Shown: positions 1 through 9,233 of the stretch, one piece after another
How the letters are laid out: every line of letters starts with the position of its first letter
How positions within the stretch are numbered: position 1 is the first letter of the stretch
NCBI GenBank assembly: GCA_964016885.1
Contig: OZ024740.1
Coordinates: 7,440,001-7,504,000, forward strand
Direction: 5' to 3'
DNA length: 64,000 nucleotides
Origin: Eledone cirrhosa
Taxonomy: Eukaryota
Program-made: the position numbers and the translations under genes
Notes under the pieces: generated by a model
Database searches by the model: none
The model's input: only the letters and a program-made list of their open reading frames with translations
What the model was told of the DNA's origin: nothing

Positions 1-2
1 AT

Positions 3-540
3 GGAGTAGGAATCATGGTAGCAGAAAAGTGGGCAGATAAGATAATAGACGTAAATAGAGTGAACGACAGAATAATTAAAATACGACTTGTCCTCAATAG
101 AACTACGGTGACAGTAATATCTGCGTACGCACCCCAATCCGGACTGCCCGGCACTATAAAAGACAGATTCTATGAGACACTGATGCTAACTACCTCCCAA
201 ATATCCGACAGTGACTATATAATTATCGCAGGCGACCTAAATGGTCACGTTGGACAACATTGTGACGGCTACGACGAAATCCATGGAGGCTATGGGTTTG
301 GTACTAGAAATGAGGAAGGCTCCAGAATCCTGGAATTCTGTGATGCAAATAACCTAACTATCTGTAACACTAACTTCAAAAAACGTGACAATCACCTGAT
401 CACCTATAGATCCGGGGAACACACAAGCCAGGTAGATTATATCCTTACCAGAAGACGTGACAGAGTGTCTGTTGTTAACACTAAATCCCTCCCCCATGAA
501 GAATGCACCTCCCAACATAGACTGATAATTAGCGACCTCA
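3..540 (+). other. Apurinic/apyrimidinic-like (APE/EEP) endonuclease domain, N-terminal part outside the window
   Basis: GVG, AYAP, GDLN, TY..SQVDYIL and SQH motifs occur in the expected order. The right boundary is approximate. Confidence 0.88.
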
Positions 541-2846
541 TAGTCAGGACGAGACGTACTCGACAACAGAAGAGGACTATCCTCAGGAGGAAAATATGGA
601 AGCTAAAGGACCCCACAGCCAGGAATAAATTTCAAAGCATATTACTTGATGCTTTCGACAGTAAGGAAGAACATTTAGAGTCGGACAATATAGAGGGAGA
701 GTGGGAATTTCTGAAAGCAAACCTGCTGTTGGCGACAGACGAGGTCTGTGGCTGGAGCAGGCCTGTAGGCAGGAGGAGAGTAACATGGTGGTGGAACAGT
801 AAGGTGGAGGGGTCAATTAAGGCCAAAAAGCAGGCTTGGAAAGTATGGCGGGATGGGGGAAGTAGAGAGGACTATCAAGTGGCCAGGAGGGAAGCTAGGA
901 GACAAGTGTACTTAGCAAGAAGGGAAGCTGAGGAAAGAAAGTTCAAGCATGTTCTACAACGCGATGACCAAAAACGTGAGGTGTTCAGGATTGCTAGGCA
1001 ATGCGTCAAGGAAAACCGTGATATTGTCGGGGAGAAGTGTGTACTAAACGACGATGGCACACTTGCCATCACCGACGCTGATAAGAAGGTAGCTTGGAAG
1101 TGTCACTACGAAAGGCTACTAAATGAGGAGAATAATTGGGAGAAAGGCAGTCTCCCCCATATCGACCCAATAGAGGGACCAGCAGTGTTAGTCGAGGGGA
1201 GTATAATAAGTAAGGCAATCAAGGATATGAAGACTGGTAAGGCGGCTGGGCCTTCGGAAATAGTTGCTGAGATGCTGAAGGCATCTGGCACGGTGGGACA
1301 CACCATGGTCACCCGCATAGTTAACCAAGTCGTACAGAATGGGGTTGTTCCGAAGGACTGGCATAGCAGCATCATCGTTAACTGTTATAAGGGTAAAGGA
1401 GACGCCCTAGATAGGAGTAACTATAGAGGCATTAAATTAATCGACCAGGTCATGAAGGTCACGGAAAAAGTAATAGCGCAACTAATCAGAGAGAGAATTG
1501 ACCTAGATGAAATGCAGTTCGGGTTTGTGTCAGGCAAAAGTACCACAGACGCTCTTTTCATAGTACGACAACTACAGGAGAAGTACCTAGCTAAAGGTAA
1601 ACCCCTCTACTTAGCTTTTGTCGACTTGGAGAAAGCCTTCGACAGAGTACCCCGCTCCATTATCTGGTGGGCTCTTAGAAAACTAGGCGTTGACGAATGG
1701 CTTGTGAGGGCTATACAAGCCATGTATAAAGAAACAGTCAGCAAGGTTAGAATTAACAACGAATATAGTGAAGAGTTTAGCGTAAAAGTTGGCGTCCATC
1801 AGGGCTCTGTTCTCAGTCCACTACTATTTATTATTGCCCTTCAGGCTATAACAGAGGAGTTCAAGACAGGCTGCCCATGGGAACTCCTATACGCAGACGA
1901 CCTGACACTCATAGCGGAATCAATGGCCGAGCTAGAGAAGAAATTCCAAACATGGAAGCACGGCCTAGAGTCAAAAGGACTTAAAATTAACCTGGCTAAG
2001 ACCAAAGTACTAGTTTGTAGGAAAGAAAACAAGGCGGCGGTCCCTTCTGGGAAATGGTCGTGCTCGGTGTGTAGGAAAGGCGTAGGTAGAAACTCCATTT
2101 TATGTCCTAAATGCAAAGTATGGGTGCATAAAAGATGTAGTGGGATCACAGGTAAGCTAACTAAGAACATAGATTTTACATGTGGCCGGTGCTCTGGTGC
2201 AATAAGTAGCAGCAAGTGCCCACAAACTACTAGCTCTTTCAATTGCGCAGAGGGTTCTATAGAAATAGTGGACAGCTTCCGTTACCTGGGCGATAAAATC
2301 AGCAGTGGGGGAGGGTGCTCTGAAAGTACTGTAGCTAGAGTCAGAACTGGTTGGAAAAAGTTCAGAGAGCTTATACCACTATTAGCTGCTAAAGGGTTCT
2401 CACTAAAAATGAAAGGCAGGTTGTACGATGCCTGCATACGAACAGCAATGCTGCATGGCAGTGAGACCTGGGCATTGTGTGCAGAGGATATACGCAGACT
2501 AGAGAGGAACAAAGCTTGCATGCTCCGCTGGATGTGTAACAGTAATATACGTGAACGGCAAAGCATAAACGAACTAAGGAAAAAATTAGAGATAAGAGGG
2601 ATCAGATGTTGTTTACTCGAGAGAAGGCTACGTTGGTATGGACACGTGATGCGCATGAAAGTCGATAGCTGTATAACAAAGTGCAGGGCAATAAAGATAG
2701 ACGGTAGTCACGGAATAGGCAGACCTAGAAAAACCTGGGACGAGCTGATAAACTCCGACATCACACACTTACACCTCTCCAAGACAATGTCACTGGACCG
2801 AGACCTTTGGCGGTACTCAGTAACAGAGAAGACCCGCCTTACCTAA
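3..2846 (+). CDS. LINE endonuclease-reverse transcriptase polyprotein (APE + RT + PHD-type finger), 5'-partial
   Basis: ORF track 15..2846 (943 aa). The frame is open from position 3 (GVGI-M, the APE 'GVG' motif), so the true start lies upstream. APE motifs: VISAYAPQ, AGDLNGHVG, SQVDYIL, SQHRL. RT motifs: KAAGP, NYRGIKL, QFGF, FVDLEKAFDRV, GVHQGSVLSPLLF, LLYADD, GLKINLAKTK, FRYLG. No stops or frameshifts. Confidence 0.95.
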   Translation, partial: GVGIMVAEKWADKIIDVNRVNDRIIKIRLVLNRTTVTVISAYAPQSGLPGTIKDRFYETLMLTTSQISDSDYIIIAGDLNGHVGQHCDGYDEIHGGYGFGTRNEEGSRILEFCDANNLTICNTNFKKRDNHLITYRSGEHTSQVDYILTRRRDRVSVVNTKSLPHEECTSQHRLIISDLIVRTRRTRQQKRTILRRKIWKLKDPTARNKFQSILLDAFDSKEEHLESDNIEGEWEFLKANLLLATDEVCGWSRPVGRRRVTWWWNSKVEGSIKAKKQAWKVWRDGGSREDYQVARREARRQVYLARREAEERKFKHVLQRDDQKREVFRIARQCVKENRDIVGEKCVLNDDGTLAITDADKKVAWKCHYERLLNEENNWEKGSLPHIDPIEGPAVLVEGSIISKAIKDMKTGKAAGPSEIVAEMLKASGTVGHTMVTRIVNQVVQNGVVPKDWHSSIIVNCYKGKGDALDRSNYRGIKLIDQVMKVTEKVIAQLIRERIDLDEMQFGFVSGKSTTDALFIVRQLQEKYLAKGKPLYLAFVDLEKAFDRVPRSIIWWALRKLGVDEWLVRAIQAMYKETVSKVRINNEYSEEFSVKVGVHQGSVLSPLLFIIALQAITEEFKTGCPWELLYADDLTLIAESMAELEKKFQTWKHGLESKGLKINLAKTKVLVCRKENKAAVPSGKWSCSVCRKGVGRNSILCPKCKVWVHKRCSGITGKLTKNIDFTCGRCSGAISSSKCPQTTSSFNCAEGSIEIVDSFRYLGDKISSGGGCSESTVARVRTGWKKFRELIPLLAAKGFSLKMKGRLYDACIRTAMLHGSETWALCAEDIRRLERNKACMLRWMCNSNIRERQSINELRKKLEIRGIRCCLLERRLRWYGHVMRMKVDSCITKCRAIKIDGSHGIGRPRKTWDELINSDITHLHLSKTMSLDRDLWRYSVTEKTRLT
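1239..2291 (+). other. Non-LTR reverse transcriptase domain
   Basis: Spans KAAGP (1239) to FRYLG (2277-2291), with the catalytic YADD at 1890-1901. Confidence 0.92.
2061..2192 (+). other. PHD-type C4HC3 zinc finger inserted within the RT region
   Basis: CSVC...CPKC..WVHKRC...FTCGRC gives CxxC, CxxC, HxxC, CxxC, with aromatic residues before the His and before the last Cys pair as in PHD fingers. It lies between GLKINLAKTK (1977-2006) and FRYLG (2277). Confidence 0.8.
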
Positions 2847-3226
2847 AAATATATAGTAAAACCTACTCCAGCCAGTAGGCATCTCTAACAAAATACACCC
2901 CGTCCCACCACCACCACCCCCACCCGATCCACACCACCCCGTTCTATGTAAAGTTATGTTGGTGCCGCGCCATCGAGGCCGAAACAAATGAGATCATGTA
3001 GGTGTCACGACAAAAAAACACACAGTCCACGCTGTAATGTGGCCGTGTAGGCAACACGGTAAAAACCTCCCAGACCCACACTGTAAATGTGGTTGGTGTT
3101 AGGAAGGGCATCCAACTGTAGAAAACCTGCCAGACAGTCCTATGCGAGCAAGACAATCACTCTTGCCTCAAGTGGGACTACCCCCGTCCAAACCCATGCA
3201 AGCGTGGAACACGGACGTTAAACGTT
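2847..3226 (+). other. LINE 3' UTR with C-rich tract and array of predicted stem-loops
   Basis: Lies between the stop codon and the (GAT)n tail. Contains C-runs at 2898-2940 and inverted repeats such as CCGTGT/ACACGG (3043-3059), CCACA/TGTGG (3076-3092), GCAAGA/TCTTGC (3148-3166) and CGTCC/GGACG (3185-3217). Confidence 0.8.
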
Positions 3227-3247
3227 GATGATGATGATGATGATGAT
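3227..3247 (+). repeat. (GAT)7 3' tail of the LINE
   Basis: Read directly. The same tail occurs as (GAT)7 at 9213-9233, (GAT)4 at 15943-15954 and (GAT)6 at 44115-44132. Confidence 0.95.
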
Positions 3248-6200
3248 GTCAGTTTCGATTGGTATATCAGTTTCGATTGTTACGTCAGTTTCGATTAGTA
3301 TATCAGTTACTATTGGTATGGCAGTTTCAATTGGTATATCAGTTTCGATTGGTATATCAGTTTCGATTAGTATGTCAGTTTGTATTGGCATGTCATTTTC
3401 GATTAGTATATCAGTTTCTACTGGTATGTCAGTTTCGATTGGTATGTCAATTTCGATTGGTATGTCAGTTTCGATTGGTATGTCAGTTTCGATTGGTATG
3501 TCAATTTCGATTGGGATATCAGTTTCGATTGGTATATCAGTTTCGATTGGTATGTCAGTTTCGATTGGTATATCAGTTTCGATTGGTATCTCAGTTTTCA
3601 TTAGTATATTATTTTCTATTGGTATGTCGGTTTCTATTGGTATATCAGTTTCGATTTTTATATCAGTTTCGATTAGTATGTCAGTTTCTATTGATATGTC
3701 AGTTTAAATTAGTATGTCAGTTTCGATTGGTATATCAGTTTCGATTGGTATATCAGTTTGGATTGGTATGTCAGTTTGGACTGGTATGTCAGTTTCGATT
3801 GGTATGTCAGTTTCGATTGGTATGTCAGTTTCGATTGGTATGTCAATTTCGATTGGTATATCAGTTTTCATTAGTATGTCAGTTTCTATTGGCATATCAG
3901 TTTCGATTGGTATAGCAGTTTCGATTGATATATCAGTTTCGATTGGTATATCAGTTTCGATTGGTATGTCAGTTTCGATTAGTATATCAGTTTCTATTGG
4001 TATGTCAGTTTCTATTGGTATATCAGTTTCGATTGGTATATCAATTTCGATTAGTATGTCAGTTTCTATTGGTATGTCAGTTTCGATTAGTATATCAGTT
4101 TCTATTGGTATATCAGTTTCTATTGGTATATCAGTTTCGATTGGTATGTCAGTTTGGATAGGTATGTCAGTTTCGATTGGTATGTCAATTTCGATTGGTA
4201 TGTCAATTTCGATTGGTATATTAGTTTCGATTAGTATATCAGTTTCTATTGGTATATCAGTTTCTACTGGTATATCAGTATCTAGTGGTATGTCAGTTTC
4301 GATAGGTATGTCTGTTTCTATTGGTATAACAGTTTCGATTGGTATGTCAGTTTATATTGGTATATCAGTTTCTATTGGTGTGACAGTTTCGATTGGTATA
4401 TCAGTTTGGATTGGTATGTTAGTTTGGATTGGTATCTCAGTTTGGATTGGTATGTCAGTTTCGATTGGTATGTCAGTTTCGATTGGTATGTCAATTTCGA
4501 TTGGTATATCAGTTTTGATTAGTATGTCAGTTTCTATTGGTATATCAGTTTCGATTGGTATATCAGTTTCGATTGGTATAGCAGTTTCGATTAGTATATC
4601 AGTTTCTATTGGTATGTCAGTTTCTATTGGTATGTCAGTTTCTATTGGTATATCAGTTTCGATTGGTATATCAGTTTCGATTGCTATAACAGTTTCGATT
4701 AGTATATCAGTTTCTATTGGTATGTCAGTTTCTATTGGTATATCAGTTTCGATTGGTATATCAGTTTCGATTAGTATGTCAGTTTCTATTGGTATGTCAG
4801 TTTCGATTAGTATATCAGTTTCTATTGGTATATCAGTTTCTATTGGTATATCAGTTTCTATTGGTATGTCAGTTTCGATTAGTATGTCAGTTTCTATTGG
4901 TATATCAGTTTCGATTGGTATGTCAGTTTCTATTGGTATGTCAGTTTCGCTTTTTATATCAGTTACTATTGGTATGTCAGTTTCGATTGGTATGTCAGTT
5001 TCTATTGTTATATGTGTTTCGATTAGTATGTCAGTTTCGATTAGTATATCAGTTTCTATTGGACTGTCAGTTTCTATTGATATATCAGTTTCGTTTAGTA
5101 TATGAGTTTCAATTGGTATGTCAGTTTCGATTGGTATGTCAGTTTCTATTGGTATATCTGTTACGATTGATATATCAGTTTCGATTAGTATGTCAGTTTC
5201 TAATGGTATGTTAGTTTTGATTAGTATATCAGTCTCTATTGGTATGTCAGTTTCGATTGGTATGTCAGTTTCTATTGGTATATCAGTTTCGATTGGTATA
5301 TCAGTTTCGATTGGTATATCAGTTTCGATTGGTATGTCAGTTTCTATTGGTATATCAGTTTCTATTGGTATGTCAGTTTCGATTGGTACGTCAGTTTGGA
5401 TTGGTATGTCAATTTCAATTGGTATATCAGTTTCGATTAGTATGTCAGTTTCTATTGGTATATCAGTTTCGATTGGTATATCTGTTTCGATTGGTATGTC
5501 AGTTTCGATTGGTATATCAGTTTCGATTGGTATGTCAGTTTCGATTAGTATATCAGTTACTATTGGTATGTGAGTTTCTATTGGTATATCAGTTTTGATT
5601 AGTATGTCAGTTTCTATTGGCATGTCAGTTTCGATTAGTATATCAGTTTCTATTGGTATGTCAGTTTCGATTGGTATGTCAGTTTAGATTGGTATATCAG
5701 TTTCTATTGGTATGACAGTTTTGATTGGTATATCAGTTTCGATTGGTATGTTAGTTTGGATTGGTATGTCAGTTTCGATTGGTATGTCAGTTTCGATTGG
5801 TATGTTAATTTCGATTGGTATATCAGTTTCGATTGGTATATCAGTTTCGATTGGGATGTCAGTTTCGATTGGTATATCAGTTTCGATTGGTATCTCAGTT
5901 TTGATTAGTATATTAGTTTCTATTGGTATATCAGTTTCTATTGGTATATCAGTTTCGATTGTTATATCAGTTTCGATTAGTATGTCAGTTTCGATTGGTA
6001 TATCAGTTTCGATTGGTATATCAGTTTCTATTGGTATATCAGTTACTATTGGTATGTCAGTTTTGATTGGTATGTCAGTTTCTATAGGTATATCTGTTTC
6101 GATTGGTATGTCAGTTTCGATTAGTATATCAGTTTCTATAGGTATGTCAGTTTCTATTTGTATATCAGTTTCGATTGGTATATCAGTTTCGATTGGTATG

Positions 6201-8909
6201 TCAGTTTCGATTGGTATATCAGTTTCTATTGGTCTATCAGTTTCGATTGGTATATCAGTTTCGATTGGTATGTCAGTTTCTATTGGTATATCAGTTTCTA
6301 TTGGTATGTCAGATTCGATTGGTATGTCAGTTTCGATAGGTATGTAAATTTCGATTGGTATATCAGTTTCGATTAGTATGTCAGTTACTATTGGTATATC
6401 AGTTTCGATTGGTATATCTGTTTCGATTGGTATGTCAGTTTCGATTAGTATATCAGTTTCTATTGCTATGTCAGTTTCGATTGGTATATCAGTTTCTATT
6501 GGTATATCAGTTTCTATTGGTATGTCAGTTTTTATTGGTATATCAGTTTCTATTGGTATGTCAGTTTCGATTGGTATGTCAGTTTCTATTGGTATATCAG
6601 TTTCGATTGGTATGTTAGTTTCTATTGGTATGTCAGTTTCGATTAGTATATCAGTTTAGATTGGTTTGTCAGTTTCGATTAGTATGTCAGTTTCTATTGG
6701 TATGTCAGTTTCGATTAGTATATCAGTTTAGATTGGTATATCAGTTTCTATTGGTATGAGCGTTTCGATTGGTATATCACTTTCGATTGGTATATCAGTT
6801 TCGATTGGTATATCAGTTTCTATTGCTATATCAGTTTCTATTGGTATGACAGTTTCGATTGGAAATATCAGTTTCGATTGGTATGTCTGTTTGGATAGGT
6901 ATGTGAGTTTCGATTGGTATGTCAGTTTCGATTGGTATGTCAATTTCGATTGTTATATCAGTTTCGATTGGTATATCAGTTTCGATTGGTATGTCAGTTT
7001 GGATAGGTATGTCAGTTTCGATTCGTATGTCAGTTTCGATTGTTAAGTCAGTTTCGATTGGTATCTCAGTTTTGATTAGTATATTAGTTTCTATTGGTAT
7101 GTCAGATTCTATTATTATATCAGTTTCGATTGGTATATCAGTTTCGATTGGTACGTCAGTTTCGATTGGTATATCAGTTTCTATTGGTATGTCAGTTTTG
7201 ATTGGTATAGCAGTTTCTATTGGTATGTCAGTTTCGATTGGTATGTCAGTTTCTATTGGTATATCAGTTTCGATTGGTATGTCAGTTTCTATTGGTATGT
7301 CAGTTTCGATTATTATATCAGTTACTATTGGTATGTCAGTTTTGATTGGTCTGTCAGTTTCGATTGGTATATCTGTTTCGATTGGTATGTCAGTTTCGAT
7401 TAGTATATCAGTTTCTATAGGTATGTCAGTTTCTATTAGTATATCAGTTTCGATTGGTATATCAGTTTCGATTAGTATGTCAGTTTCGATTGGTATATCA
7501 GTTTCTATTGGTATATCAGTTTAGATTCATATATCAGTTTCGATTAGTATGTCAGTTTCTATTGGTATATCAGTTTCGATTGTTATATCAATCTCAATTA
7601 GTATATCAGTTTCTATTGGTACGTTAGTTTCTATTGGTATATCAGTTTCGATAGGTATATCAGTTTCGTTTGGTATGTCAGTTTCGATTGGTATATCAGT
7701 TTCTATTGCTATATCTGTTTCTATTGGTATGTCAGTTTCGATTGGTATGTCAATTTCTATTGGTATGTCAGTTTCGATTGGTATGTCATATTCGATTGGT
7801 ATGTCAGTTTCGATTGGTATGTCAATTTCGATTAGTATATCAGTTTCGGTTGGTATGTCAGTTTCGATTGGTATGTCAGTTTGGATAGGTATGTCAGTTT
7901 AGATTTGTATGTCAGTTTCGATTGGTAAGTCAGATTCTATTAGTATATCAGTTTCGATTGGTATATCAGTTTCGATTGGTATGTCAGTTTCTATTGGTAT
8001 ATCAGTTTCTATTGGTATGACAGTTTCGATTGGTATATCAGTTTCGATTGGTATGTCAGTTTGGATAGGTATGTCAGTTTCGAGTGGTATGTCAGTTTCG
8101 ATTGGTATGTCAATTTCGATTGGTATATCAGTTTCGATTGGTATATCAGTTTCGATTGGTATGTCAGTTTGGATAGGTATGTCAGTTTAGATTGTTATGT
8201 CAGTTTCGATTGGTAAGTCAGTTTCGATTGGTATGTCAGTTTCGATTAGTATATCAGTTTCGATTGGTATATCAGTTTTGATTAGTATGTCAGTTTCTAT
8301 TGGTATGTCAGTTTCCATTAGTATATCTGTTTCTATTGATATGTCAGTTTCGATTGGTATGTCAGATTCTATTAGTATATCAGTTTCGATTGGTACATCA
8401 GTTTCGATTGGTATGTCAGTTTCGATTCTATATCAGTTTCTATTGGTATGTCAGTTTTGATTGGTATAGCAGTTTCTATTGGTATGTCAGTTTCGATTGG
8501 TATGTCAGTTTCTATTGGTATATCAGTTTCGATTGGTATGTCAGTTTCTATTGGTATGTCAGTTTCGATTATTATATCAGTTACTATTGGTATGTCAGTT
8601 TTGATTGGTACGTCAGTTTCTATTGGTATATCTGTTTCGATTGGTATGTCAGTTTCGATTAGTATATCAGTTTCTATAGGTATGTCAGTTTCTATTAGTA
8701 TATCAGTTTCGATTGGTATATCAGTTTCGATTGGTATGTCAGTTTCGATTGGTATATCAGTTTCTATTGGTATATCAGTTTAGATTCATATATCAGTTTC
8801 GATTAGTATGTCAGTTTCTATTGGTATATCAGTTTCGATTGTTATATCAATCTCAATTAGTATATCAGTTTCTATTGGTACGTTAGTTTCTATTGGTATA
8901 TCAGTTTCG

Positions 8910-9233
8910 CCGCGGACGGCTAACATAACCCCATCGAAGTTATGTTGGTGCCGCGCCATCGAGGCCGAAACAAATGAGATCGTGTAGGTGTCACGACAAA
9001 AAAACACACAGTCCACGCTGTAATGTGGCCGTGTAGGCAACACGGTAAAAACCTCCCAGACCCACACTGTAAATGTGGTTGGTGTTAGGAAGGGCATCCA
9101 ACTGTAGAAAACCTGCCAGACAGTCCTATGCGAGCAAGACAATCACTCTTGCCTCAAGTGGGACTACCCCCGTCCAAACCCATGCAAGCGTGGAACACGG
9201 ACGTTAAACGTTGATGATGATGATGATGATGAT
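8910..9233 (+). mobile_element. 5'-truncated copy of the RTE LINE 3' end with a 27-bp extra 5' segment
   Basis: 8937-9233 matches 2951-3247 at a constant offset with one substitution seen (G8982 vs A2996). 8910-8936 matches neither the satellite nor the collinear LINE sequence. Confidence 0.95.

Larger units (their letters stand above)
1..3247 (+). mobile_element. RTE-clade non-LTR retrotransposon (LINE), 5' end outside the window
   Basis: Single APE+RT ORF with RTE-type C-terminal motifs (GSETW, RRLRWYGHVMR, GRPRKTW, DRDLWR), a ~380-bp 3' UTR and a (GAT)7 microsatellite tail instead of poly(A). Near-identical 3'-end copies occur at 8937-9233 and 44013-44132. Confidence 0.93.

Noticed and set aside
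15-17. ATG at 15 as the true start codon
   Set aside because: It lies just after the internal GVG motif of the APE domain and the frame is open to the window edge, so the N-terminal APE motifs must be upstream.
510-518. SQH in place of the canonical SDH motif of APE endonucleases, as a sign of inactivation
   Set aside because: The catalytic His and both key Asp motifs are intact, and QH at this position is, to my recollection, common in RTE-type endonucleases. It is not evidence of a dead enzyme.
354-2656. Short minus-strand ORFs opposite the LINE ORF
   Set aside because: They are antisense shadows of the coding frame with no recognisable motifs.
2990-3130. Possible hammerhead or HDV-like ribozyme in the 3' UTR hairpins
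   Set aside because: The CTGTAA loops do not match the hammerhead CUGANGA/GAAA core in a three-way junction, and I could not identify an HDV-type nested pseudoknot by eye.
2944-3156. Minus-strand 70-aa ORF (MSCSHRTVWQ...), repeated at 8786-9142 and partly at 15673-15888
   Set aside because: It recurs only because the UTR is repeated. The frame and sequence are not conserved through the sister family, and conservation is better explained by RNA structure.
3227-3300. Satellite generated from the LINE tail or UTR
   Set aside because: The monomer has no similarity to LINE sequence beyond the AT(G) overlap at the junction. Empty-site copies show that the elements inserted into a pre-existing array.
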